Assembly (NCBI GenBank): GCA_035703125.1
Contig: DASSYU010000437.1
Coordinates: 1-38,802, forward strand
Length of the DNA stretch: 38,802 bases
From: Pseudolabrys sp.
GTDB taxonomy: Bacteria; Pseudomonadota; Alphaproteobacteria; Rhizobiales; Xanthobacteraceae
Direction: 5' to 3'
Within the stretch, counting starts at the first letter, position 1. Each line of letters opens with the position of its first letter. Positions 1 to 8,039 of the stretch are shown one piece after another. The position numbers and the translations under genes were made by a program. The notes under the pieces are model-generated. The model saw nothing but the letters and a program-made list of their open reading frames with translations. It searched no databases and had not been told where the DNA came from.

Positions 1-639
1 TATTGTCACTACAGCGGCCTTGCCCTGCCGCTCGACGCGGGCCGGGCCGAAATCGATCACGCCGTTTCGAACGAATTCGTCCACCCGCGCGATCGACTCC
101 TGCTTCGGACGCAGCATTGCCTCGCACAGGTGCATTCCGGCCTCGGGAACCGCAAGCGTCTGCGCCAGGAAAATCCCCTGATCGATCTCGACACCATCTT
201 TTTCGCTCTGCATTAGCGTGCTCTCGGCGTCGACTTGCCTCCTCGTCGGTGTCAACCCCGGAACCAACTTGGCAACATCGTATGCAAGTTCGTCCACGCG
301 ATGGAACGCGGACAAATTTTTCGTAAGTCTGCGATAAATCGCGTCCGCGTGCTTTCTCAGGAAATCTTCGCGGAGACGCCGGCATGTGGAAAAAATGGCG
401 TCAGTCGCCGATTGCTGTTCCAGCGTTCGCTGGCGCTTTTTGGGTAATTTCGCCAACAGACCATCGCCTGTGCGCCAAAATTTCGTCGCCGCCGCTGCAT
501 CGCGTTTTAGTGAACCTGTCACGCGCGGCAACGCTTTGAGCCATGTGCCGGCCGACTTCGCAGGCAATCCGCCGCGACGAAGAATTTCACCGGTATCGGA
601 GCGCGTTTCTCTTGTTCTCGCGATCCGCGAGCCTTCCAT
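1..639 (-). CDS. DpgC-like crotonase-superfamily protein (3,5-dihydroxyphenylacetyl-CoA 1,2-dioxygenase homologue), 5' part; runs off the left edge
   Basis: Absent from the ORF track because there is no stop in the window. Manual translation from ATG 639 (GGGAGAG RBS upstream) is open for 213 codons: MEGSRIAR...FLRKHADAIYRRLT...VPGLTPTRRQV...QSEKDGVEIDQGIFLAQTL...HLCEAMLRP...DEFVRNG...VERQGKAAVVTI. These blocks resemble the DpgC N-terminal region as I recall it. Confidence 0.82.
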   Translation of the reverse strand, partial: MEGSRIARTRETRSDTGEILRRGGLPAKSAGTWLKALPRVTGSLKRDAAAATKFWRTGDGLLAKLPKKRQRTLEQQSATDAIFSTCRRLREDFLRKHADAIYRRLTKNLSAFHRVDELAYDVAKLVPGLTPTRRQVDAESTLMQSEKDGVEIDQGIFLAQTLAVPEAGMHLCEAMLRPKQESIARVDEFVRNGVIDFGPARVERQGKAAVVTI

Positions 640-663
640 ACGCACTCTCCCTACTCTGACACT

Positions 664-1431
664 TCACACGACCGTCTTGCCGAGCCACTGGCACAAGTCG
701 GCAATGATGCATTTCTCGCACAGCGGCTTGCGTGCGACACAAGTGTAACGCCCGTGCAGAATAAGCCAATGGTGCGCATGCCGCTTGTATTCCGCCGGCA
801 CCACCTGCTCCAATTTCATTTCAACCTCGAGCGGCGTCTTGCCGGTGGCCAGCCCGGTGCGGTTTCCGACACGAAAGATGTGCGTATCGACAGCAATCGT
901 TGGCTCGCCGAAAGCGATGTTGAGGACAACGTTGGCGGTCTTGCGGCCGACACCGGGCAGCGCCTCCAGCGCTTCGCGCGAGCGCGGAACCTGGCTGCCA
1001 TGTTCGGAGACCAGCTTCTGCGACAGCGCAACGACATTCTTGGCCTTGTTACGGAACAGACCGATGGTCTTGATCAGATCGCGCACCCGCGCTTCGCCGA
1101 GTGCCGCCATTTTCTCGGGCGTGTCTGCGAGCGCGAACAGCGCCGGCGTCGCCTTATTGACGCCGGCATCGGTTGCCTGCGCCGAAAGAACCACCGCGAC
1201 CAGCAGGGTGAACGGATTGATATGCTGCAATTCGCCCTTCGGCTCAGGATTTGCGGCCTTGAAGCGGCGGAACGCCTCGGCGATCTGCGCTGTTGTCCAC
1301 TGCGGCGGCGCGGCTTGCGCGGCATCGGCCGCGGCGCGCTTGGGCGCCGGCTTTACCTTTGCGTATCTGCCTGCGCGCAATTTTGTCTTGCGCTTCGCGG
1401 GTGCCTTTCGGGCGGGTTTTCTCGCCATCAT
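664..1431 (-). CDS. nth: Endonuclease III
   Basis: LLVAVVLSAQATD, HhH motif LPGVGRKTA, AVDTH and the 4Fe-4S motif C-x6-C-x2-C-x5-C (CVARKPLCEKCIIADLC). Start at ATG 1431 or 1428. Confidence 0.96.
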   Translation of the reverse strand: MMARKPARKAPAKRKTKLRAGRYAKVKPAPKRAAADAAQAAPPQWTTAQIAEAFRRFKAANPEPKGELQHINPFTLLVAVVLSAQATDAGVNKATPALFALADTPEKMAALGEARVRDLIKTIGLFRNKAKNVVALSQKLVSEHGSQVPRSREALEALPGVGRKTANVVLNIAFGEPTIAVDTHIFRVGNRTGLATGKTPLEVEMKLEQVVPAEYKRHAHHWLILHGRYTCVARKPLCEKCIIADLCQWLGKTVV

Positions 1432-1450
1432 TTTGGTATAGTGAGCGCAA
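1431..1450. promoter_or_regulatory. Candidate bidirectional promoter with reciprocal overlapping -10 elements
   Basis: Top strand TG-g-TATAGT (1434-1442); bottom strand CACTAT (1443-1438). Predicted starts at 1449 and 1431 lie next to or on the two ATGs. Confidence 0.5.
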
Positions 1451-1962
1451 TGATCTCCGACAACGCCGACGATCTCGAACCCACCATCTTTTCGGCGACG
1501 CTGACGCCACATCGCTCGCTGGGCCGCATCGGTTTTTTGGTTTTGATGTTGCTGTTCGGCGGCGTCAGCTTCGTGACCGGAATGCTCTTTCTCGTGATCG
1601 GTGCCTGGCCGGTCCTAGGCTTTTTCGGGCTCGACGTGCTGCTGCTGTATTGGGCCTTCCGGCTCAACTACTGGCACGCGAAAGCCTACGAGCAGGTAAC
1701 GATTACGCCCTCCGCACTCAGGGTGCGCAAGGTGAGCCATCTTGGCAGCGCGCGCGAATGGGTTCTAAACCCGCTCTGGGTCCAGCTCGACAAGGTCGAG
1801 CTGGAGGAGTTCGGCATCGACCGGCTCTTCCTCGTATCGCGCGGCAAAAAGTTGGCAATCGCGACGTTTCTCGGACCCGACGAAAAGGCCGGTTTTGCAA
1901 AGGAGCTTGGAAAAGCGCTCATCGAAGCCCGCCGCGGCCCAACGATGACAGTGTTCGAATAG
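1450..1962 (+). CDS. DUF2244-family membrane protein
   Basis: TLTPHRSLG, two hydrophobic helices, GAWPVLGFFGLDV, NPLWV and FLGPDEK are typical of DUF2244. The upstream part of the 402-aa ORF is antisense to nth. Confidence 0.85.
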   Translation: MISDNADDLEPTIFSATLTPHRSLGRIGFLVLMLLFGGVSFVTGMLFLVIGAWPVLGFFGLDVLLLYWAFRLNYWHAKAYEQVTITPSALRVRKVSHLGSAREWVLNPLWVQLDKVELEEFGIDRLFLVSRGKKLAIATFLGPDEKAGFAKELGKALIEARRGPTMTVFE

Positions 1963-2009
1963 CCAGAAATCGGGTGGTCGTGGCGCCCGGATAGACCTAG
2001 ATAGCGGTC

Positions 2010-2915
2010 ATGAACATGAGCCTGGCAAGAAACACCGTGACCGACCGCTTCACAGAATTCGCACCGCTTTCGACGGCGGCCGCGGACTACGACATCGTGC
2101 GCCGCGCCATCGCGCATATACGCGGAAACTGGCGAGCGCAGCCAGAAATCGACGTCATCGCGAACGCCGCCGGCGTTTCCGCAACCGACCTGCATCATTT
2201 GTTCCGCCGCTGGTGCGGGCTGACGCCGAAGGCATTCCTGCAGGCGCTCACGCTCAACCATGCGCGCGACCTTCTGCGCTCATCGGCGAGCGTGCTCGAC
2301 ACTGCTTACGAAGTCGGCTTGTCGGGGCCTAGCAGGCTGCACGATCTGTTCGTCACGCATGAGGCGATGTCGCCTGGCGAGTGGAAAACCGGCGGCGAAG
2401 GTCTCACCATCACCTACGGGTTCCATCCCTGCCCGTTCGGCATGGCGCTGGTGATGACCACGCCGCGCGGCCTTGCGGGCCTTGCCCTTGCCGACGCCGG
2501 CAAGGAACGTGCGGCCCTTCGCGACATGAAATCACGCTGGCCGAAGGCGAAATACGTCGAGGACTTCGCCTCTACGGCGCCGACAGCCCGCCGCATTTTC
2601 GACGCCGCACTCTGGCGCAAGGACCAGCCGCTGCGCGTGGTGTTGATCGGCACTGACTTCGAGGTGCGCGTGTGGGAGAAATTGCTCGACATCCCGATGG
2701 GCAAGCTCACAACTTATTCCGATCTCGCCACCAGAGCCGGCGCGCCGAAAGCGGCACGCGCGGTTGGTGCGGCGGTCGGAAAGAACCCGATCTGCTTCGT
2801 GGTGCCGTGTCATCGCGTCATCGGCAAGAGCGGCGAGCTCACCGGCTATCACTGGGGCCTCACGCGCAAGCGCGCGATGCTTGGCTGGGAAGCCGGGATG
2901 GCCGCAGCGGCCTAG
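2010..2915 (+). CDS. AraC-type HTH / methylated-DNA-[protein]-cysteine S-methyltransferase (Ada/Ogt-like)
   Basis: AraC HTH (LHHLFRRWCGLTPKAF; VGLSGPSRLHDLF) and Ogt core (GTDFEVRVW, ARAVGAAVGKNP, active-site PCHRV). No N-terminal Ada Zn-binding cysteines. Confidence 0.92.
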   Translation: MNMSLARNTVTDRFTEFAPLSTAAADYDIVRRAIAHIRGNWRAQPEIDVIANAAGVSATDLHHLFRRWCGLTPKAFLQALTLNHARDLLRSSASVLDTAYEVGLSGPSRLHDLFVTHEAMSPGEWKTGGEGLTITYGFHPCPFGMALVMTTPRGLAGLALADAGKERAALRDMKSRWPKAKYVEDFASTAPTARRIFDAALWRKDQPLRVVLIGTDFEVRVWEKLLDIPMGKLTTYSDLATRAGAPKAARAVGAAVGKNPICFVVPCHRVIGKSGELTGYHWGLTRKRAMLGWEAGMAAAA

Positions 2916-3539
2916 TCAGGCTGTAAGATCGAGCTTCGACGCCACCGTCGAATCGGCGTTGAGCCGGTAGATCATCGGCACGCCAGTATCAAGATTGAGC
3001 TTGGTGATGCTGTCCGGCGTGTGCTTGTCGAGCACCATGACAAGCGCGCGCAGTGAATTTCCGTGCGCGGCGACCAGTACGCGCTCGCCGCGCAGCACGC
3101 GCGGCAGAATGTCCGTCACATAGTAAGGCAAAGCGCGCGCGAGCGTGTCCTTCAGGCTTTCGCCACCGGGTGGCGCCACGTCGTAGGAACGGCGCCAGAT
3201 GTGCACCTGTTCCTCACCCCATTTCTTGCGCGCGTCGTCCTTGTTGAGTCCGACAAGATCGCCGTAGTCGCGCTCGTTCAGCGCCTGATCTTTGAATATC
3301 GGGATTGTCGTCTGGTCCAGTTCGGTCAACATCAAGTCGAGCGTGCGTTGCGCACGTTTGAGCGCGGACGCAAACGCGACGTCGAACTTGATACCCTGCG
3401 CCTTGAGTTTGCGGCCGGCTTCGCGCGCTTCAGCCACGCCCTTTTCGCTGAGGTCGACGTCGCGCCAGCCGGTGAACAGGTTCTTCAGGTTCCAGTCGCT
3501 TTGGCCGTGCCGCACGAGCACGAGAACACGGTCAGTCAT
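2916..3539 (-). CDS. gpmA: 2,3-bisphosphoglycerate-dependent phosphoglycerate mutase
   Basis: [10 protein letters not shown]...[29 protein letters not shown] at 3539. Confidence 0.96.
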   Translation of the reverse strand: MTDRVLVLVRHGQSDWNLKNLFTGWRDVDLSEKGVAEAREAGRKLKAQGIKFDVAFASALKRAQRTLDLMLTELDQTTIPIFKDQALNERDYGDLVGLNKDDARKKWGEEQVHIWRRSYDVAPPGGESLKDTLARALPYYVTDILPRVLRGERVLVAAHGNSLRALVMVLDKHTPDSITKLNLDTGVPMIYRLNADSTVASKLDLTA

Positions 3540-3547
3540 GCAATTCC

Positions 3548-4363
3548 TCAGAAATCTTTCAAACCTAGAACGTCCATCATCGAATAAAGTCCCGGCTTTT
3601 GCGTGCGCGCCCAACGCGCCGCATGCAGGGCACCCCGTGCGAATATCATGCGATCGTCGGCCTTGTGCGTAAGTTCCACGCGCTCCGCCGCACCCGAAAA
3701 GATTACGCTGTGCTCACCCACAACAGTTCCGCCGCGCAGAGCCGCAAATCCGATATCGCCGACCTTGCGCGCGCCAGTGTGTCCGTCACGGCTTCTGACG
3801 GAATGCTTGTCGAGCGCGATGCCGCGCCCGTCCGCAGCCGCACGGCCAAGCATCAGCGCGGTGCCCGACGGCGCATCTACTTTCTGATTGTGATGCATCT
3901 CCAGGATTTCGATATCGAACGAATTGTCGAGCGTCTTTGCGACGCGTTTCGTGAGCGCCGCGAGCAGATTGACGCCGAGGCTCATGTTGCCCGACTTGAC
4001 GATCACCGCGCCTTTGGCGGCGTCCTTGATTTTTGCCTCGTCAGCGGCGCTCAGTCCGGTCGTTCCGATGATGTGCACCTTGCCGGCCTTGGCAACGAGC
4101 GTGGCAAATTCGAGCGTGGCGCTCGGCGCGGTGAAATCCACGATGCCATCCGCCTTTGCAAGCAATGGCCCGGCGTCGCCGGTCAGCTTGACGCCATTCT
4201 CCGGCAGGCCTGCCAGCACGCCCGCGTCCCAGCCGATCAGCGGCGAACGGGCGTCCTCGATGGCGCCCGCAAGCGCAAACTCCTTGCTGTCGGCGATCGC
4301 CTTGACCAGCGTACGGCCCATCCGCCCGCCGGCACCGGCGACCACGAGCCGCATCTCGGCCAT
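3548..4363 (-). CDS. dapB: 4-hydroxy-tetrahydrodipicolinate reductase
   Basis: [40 protein letters not shown]. Confidence 0.97.
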   Translation of the reverse strand: MAEMRLVVAGAGGRMGRTLVKAIADSKEFALAGAIEDARSPLIGWDAGVLAGLPENGVKLTGDAGPLLAKADGIVDFTAPSATLEFATLVAKAGKVHIIGTTGLSAADEAKIKDAAKGAVIVKSGNMSLGVNLLAALTKRVAKTLDNSFDIEILEMHHNQKVDAPSGTALMLGRAAADGRGIALDKHSVRSRDGHTGARKVGDIGFAALRGGTVVGEHSVIFSGAAERVELTHKADDRMIFARGALHAARWARTQKPGLYSMMDVLGLKDF

Positions 4364-4417
4364 AGGTCAGCTCCCGGAACGTGGCGTCGGTATAGCGCGA
4401 GGGCCAGCAAAAGGCGA

Positions 4418-4720
4418 CTACGGCTGGGGGCCGTCGTAACCCTCGATAACCACGATATCCGCGGTGGAATGCGGCTGGCGCAGCTTCATGTTCGCTTGAT
4501 ATTCGGGCGAATTGTAACAAGCGAGCGCGGTCGCATAGTCCGGAAACTCGATGACCACATTGCGGGAGCGCGCGTTGCCCTCGACGCATTCGAACTTGCC
4601 GGCGCGCACGACGTAACGCGCTCCATATTTCTTGAATATCGCCTGATTGCCCATGGCGTAGGGCTTGTAGCCTTCGTCGCTTCTCACATCGACCCGCCCG
4701 ATCCAGTAACCCTTCGCCAT
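4418..4720 (-). CDS. DUF1330-family protein
   Basis: KGYWI...KYGARYVVRAG...RNVVIEFPDY..ALACYNSPEYQ pattern. Confidence 0.85.
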   Translation of the reverse strand: MAKGYWIGRVDVRSDEGYKPYAMGNQAIFKKYGARYVVRAGKFECVEGNARSRNVVIEFPDYATALACYNSPEYQANMKLRQPHSTADIVVIEGYDGPQP

Positions 4721-4731
4721 GCCTCCACTCC

Positions 4732-5442
4732 CTATGAATTGGCCGCCTGTTCGATCTCGGCCACGACTGCATCTGCCACGGCCTTGGGCTCGCGCGCCTC
4801 AAGAACAGGCCGGCCGACCACCAGATAGTTGGCGCCTGCCTCAATCGCGCGGGCAGGTGTCATGATCCTTTTTTGATCGCCGGTGGCGCTTCCGACCGGC
4901 CGGATGCCGGGTGTCACCAGCACCATGCCGGGGCCCGCGATGTCGCGCAGTGCGGCCGCTTCTTCCGGCGAGCAGACAAGTCCGTCGACCCCTATGTCTC
5001 TCGCTTGCGCGGCACGGGCGGCCGCGAGTTCCTTGACGTTCATCTCATAGCCGGCGGCGGCAAGGTCGGCATCGTCATAGGACGTCAGCACGGTCACCGC
5101 GAGAATGCGCAGCTTTGAGCCTTGCTTGCCTTCGACTGCAGCCTTCATGGTTTGCGGATAGGCGTGAACCGTCAGGAACGTGGCGCCCATTTGCGCGACG
5201 CTCTCCACGCCTTTTGTCACTGTGTTGCGGATGTCGTGCAGCTTGAGGTCGAGAAAAACCTGCTTACCAGATGCGATCAACCGAGCGGCAAAGGGCAGGC
5301 CGCCAGCAAAAGCAAGCTGGTATCCGATCTTGTAAAACCGGACCGCATCGCCGAGACGCGCGACCATTGCCTCGCCTGCAGCCACTGACGGTACGTCAAG
5401 TGCAACGATCAGCCGCTCACGCGCATCCAACGACACGATCAA
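4732..5442 (-). CDS. pyrF: Orotidine-5'-phosphate decarboxylase
   Basis: LIVALD, YKIG, DLKLHDI.NTV, VTVLTS, VTPGIRP, GDQKR, VVGRP. The TTG start overlaps the upstream stop (alternative GTG 5436). Confidence 0.96.
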   Translation of the reverse strand: MIVSLDARERLIVALDVPSVAAGEAMVARLGDAVRFYKIGYQLAFAGGLPFAARLIASGKQVFLDLKLHDIRNTVTKGVESVAQMGATFLTVHAYPQTMKAAVEGKQGSKLRILAVTVLTSYDDADLAAAGYEMNVKELAAARAAQARDIGVDGLVCSPEEAAALRDIAGPGMVLVTPGIRPVGSATGDQKRIMTPARAIEAGANYLVVGRPVLEAREPKAVADAVVAEIEQAANS

Positions 5443-6029
5443 GCCCCCCGCGCCATCATTCGTGCCATATCGACCAGACGTTCGAGTTGCGTCCGAAGCT
5501 GGTTGGCGATGGCGGTATCGGTGATGTTATCCATCTCGTCAAACGCCGTATCGGCCCGTTGAATGGTAACTTGCTCGGGAATGACCAGAGCGCCGCAGCC
5601 GAGTTCAAGAATTTGCCGCAGAGCCATCAGCGACCGCAATCCGCCCGCGCGTCCGGGCGAAGCCGATGAGATGGCGAACACACGTCCCTTGAATGCGGCG
5701 TAGGTCGGATCGCCTCGCTCGCGCACGCGTGAAACCCAATCGATGGCGTTCTTCAGAAGCGGCGTGACGGACGCGCTGTACTCCGGGCTAGCGATGAATA
5801 CACCGTGATGCGCCATGATCATTTGCTTGAGCTTGAGCGCGTTGGCGGGCTGTCCGGCGCGCGCATCGATGTCCGCGTCGTAAATCGGCAGCGGATAGTC
5901 GGCAAGCGAAATGCGGGTGACTTCGACATCAAGAAGCGTGAGCTCTTTTGCCGCAAGTGCGGCCAGCCGGACGTTGTGCGAGCCCGTGCGTATCGAACCT
6001 GGCACGACGAGAATTTTGGGGATCGGCAT
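5439..6029 (-). CDS. NADPH-dependent FMN reductase
   Basis: [42 protein letters not shown] 6029 has a GGAG RBS (alternative GTG 6062). Confidence 0.9.
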   Translation of the reverse strand: MPIPKILVVPGSIRTGSHNVRLAALAAKELTLLDVEVTRISLADYPLPIYDADIDARAGQPANALKLKQMIMAHHGVFIASPEYSASVTPLLKNAIDWVSRVRERGDPTYAAFKGRVFAISSASPGRAGGLRSLMALRQILELGCGALVIPEQVTIQRADTAFDEMDNITDTAIANQLRTQLERLVDMARMMARGA

Positions 6030-6066
6030 CAGCGGCTCCGCTTCCGCGGGCGATGACACCACACCA

Positions 6067-6669
6067 TCAGCGGCCGCGATAGACCCACACGCGCGCTGGC
6101 GGCAGATTCATCCAGATGAGTTCGGATGATTCGGCCCGCACACCGGACAATTCTTTCGGAATTGGCGGCAACATCGCGTATGTGAACTGCACGAACGGAG
6201 CACCTGTTGCGAGCAGGGTCATCGCGTCGGAAATCAGGCGTACCCGTGTACGCAAAGGTTTGGTCACGAGGGGAAGCCCCGAAACGACTGCGGCGGCCGG
6301 CTCATCAACATAGTTTTCCAGCAACCTCCGCAGACGATAGGCATCACCCTGCACGACCGTGGCCGCCGGATAACGCGTGCGCAGCAGCCGGCAAAAATCA
6401 GGATTGAATTCGACAAGGATCAGCCGGCCTGGATTAACGCCGCGCCGGACGAGAGCCTCGGTCACGGGACCGGTGCCGGGACCCAATTCGATCACAGGAC
6501 CCTGCGAGCGCGGATCGACGTAGCGCGCCATCGCACGCGCGAGCACGCGGCTCGACGGCATCACTGCGCCGGTCGAGAGTGGCTTTTCAATCCAGGAGCG
6601 GATGAACTGCATCTCGTCGTCGAGACGCAGACTCTTTTTTTCGACGCGGGCGACTGAATGTAAGGGCAT
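6067..6669 (-). CDS. pmtA: Phospholipid N-methyltransferase PmtA
   Basis: GAVMPSS, SAM motif VIELGPGTG, VVSGLP, FVQFTY, NLPPARVWVY; lies downstream of dnaJ as in rhizobia. Confidence 0.9.
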   Translation of the reverse strand: MPLHSVARVEKKSLRLDDEMQFIRSWIEKPLSTGAVMPSSRVLARAMARYVDPRSQGPVIELGPGTGPVTEALVRRGVNPGRLILVEFNPDFCRLLRTRYPAATVVQGDAYRLRRLLENYVDEPAAAVVSGLPLVTKPLRTRVRLISDAMTLLATGAPFVQFTYAMLPPIPKELSGVRAESSELIWMNLPPARVWVYRGR

Positions 6670-6719
6670 TGCTGCGGGGTCACGCGTACATGCGGCGGGT
6701 TTCGCCGCAACATTTACGG

Positions 6720-6746
6720 GTATAGGGCGCAAGGCGGGGGGTCAAG
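6720..6746 (-). promoter_or_regulatory. Putative RpoH (sigma32)-type promoter for pmtA
   Basis: Minus strand CTTG-N16-CCTATAC. Confidence 0.55.
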
Positions 6747-6751
6747 ATGGA

Positions 6752-7897
6752 TTACCCCGATTGACTGCCGCGGCTTCCCAGACCATCCAAAAACTCTCTG
6801 ACTCGACTGAAGAAACCAGCCGATTCCGGCTGGGTTACCTCCGAAGACAGCTTTTCGAACTCCGCCAGCAGCTCGCGCTGGCGTTTGGTGAGATTTTGCG
6901 GCGTTTCCACCGCTACCTGAACGTACATGTCTCCGGTTTGTTTCGCCCGCAGCACCGGCATTCCCTTGCCTGCAAGGCGGAACCGGCGGCCGGTCTGCGT
7001 GCCGGAGGGAACCTTGACCTTCACCTTGCTGCCGTCGATCGCCGGCACTTCAAATTCGCCGCCAAGCGCGGCGCTCGCCATCGAGATCGGCACACGACAA
7101 TACAAGTCGGCGCCATCGCGCTGGAAGAATTCGTGCGAAGCAACCTCGAGAAAAATATAGAGGTCGCCAGGCGGACCGCCGCGCAAGCCCGCCTCGCCCT
7201 CGCCGGCAAGCCGGATGCGGGTACCGTCTTCAACGCCCGCCGGAATATTCACTGACAGCGTACGCTCGCGTGTCACACGACCACCACCGCCGCAGACTTT
7301 GCAGGGGTCGTCGATCACCTGTCCGCGCCCATGACAGGTGGGGCACGTCCGTTCGAGCGTGAAGAAGCCCTGCGCATGGCGAATTTTGCCTGCGCCGCCG
7401 CAACTACCGCATGGTTTTGGCTTGGTGCCTGCCTTTGCACCGCTGCCGGAGCAGGCCTCGCAGGTGACCGAGGTGGGGATGCGAATCTGCGCCGTCTTGC
7501 CCTTGAACGCCTCATCGAGGGTTATTTCCATATTGTAGCGCAGGTCGGATCCGCGCTCGCGGCCAGAGCTGCGGCCGCGCGCCGAGCCCATGCCGAAAAT
7601 ACCTTCGAATATGTCGGCAAAGGTCGAGCCAAAATCGGCGCCAAACCCGTGACCGCCGCCCATGCCCCCGTGCTCGAACGCAGCGTGACCGAACCGGTCA
7701 TAGGCGGCGCGCTTGTCGCCATCCTTGAGGACGTCGTACGCCTCGTTGATTTCCTTGAAACGGTGCTCGCAATCCTTGTCACCCGGATTCCGGTCCGGGT
7801 GATGCTGCATGGCGAGTTTGCGGAACGCCGCCTTGAGCTCGACCTCGGAAGAGGTGCGGGTAACGCCGAGAACTTCGTAGTAGTCGCGCTTGGACAT
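6752..7897 (-). CDS. dnaJ: Chaperone DnaJ
   Basis: J-domain with HPD, G/F-rich region and four CxxCxGxG repeats. Confidence 0.99.
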   Translation of the reverse strand: MSKRDYYEVLGVTRTSSEVELKAAFRKLAMQHHPDRNPGDKDCEHRFKEINEAYDVLKDGDKRAAYDRFGHAAFEHGGMGGGHGFGADFGSTFADIFEGIFGMGSARGRSSGRERGSDLRYNMEITLDEAFKGKTAQIRIPTSVTCEACSGSGAKAGTKPKPCGSCGGAGKIRHAQGFFTLERTCPTCHGRGQVIDDPCKVCGGGGRVTRERTLSVNIPAGVEDGTRIRLAGEGEAGLRGGPPGDLYIFLEVASHEFFQRDGADLYCRVPISMASAALGGEFEVPAIDGSKVKVKVPSGTQTGRRFRLAGKGMPVLRAKQTGDMYVQVAVETPQNLTKRQRELLAEFEKLSSEVTQPESAGFFSRVREFLDGLGSRGSQSG

Positions 7898-7971
7898 CCC
7901 GCTGCCGCCCTAAGTTATCCGCGCCAGACCAGCCGTATGCGATTCGGCGGCCCGACGTCCCCGCAAACATG

Positions 7972-7997
7972 CACCCCCGGACAGATGCCCGGGGGTG
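7972..7997 (-). terminator. GC-rich hairpin between dnaK and dnaJ (attenuator or mRNA-stabilising stem)
   Basis: CACCCCCGG-acagatgc-CCGGGGGTG is a perfect 9-bp inverted repeat. There is no U-tract, so an intrinsic terminator role is uncertain. Confidence 0.5.
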
Positions 7998-8039
7998 ACG
8001 CATTCGCGGCCGGCCTGTGCATGGGCTCGAAGCCGATGA

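Noticed and set aside
3-748. Plus-strand ORFs of 107, 70 and 120 aa at the left end
   Set aside because: They are shadows of the minus-strand DpgC-like gene and have no motifs.
754-1449. Apparent 402-aa protein with a long N-terminal extension on DUF2244
   Set aside because: The extension is the antisense frame of nth; recognisable DUF2244 sequence begins at ATG 1450.
3599-4844. 409-aa (+) and 267-aa (-) ORFs across dapB and DUF1330
   Set aside because: Alternate or antisense frames of well-supported genes, Arg-rich and without motifs.
5221-5250. PyrF motif reads [10 protein letters not shown], where Gly or Pro is usual at the Arg position
   Set aside because: It is a one-base difference (CGC vs GGC) at a non-catalytic position with D-x-K-x-x-D intact. 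I cannot tell a variant from a read error.
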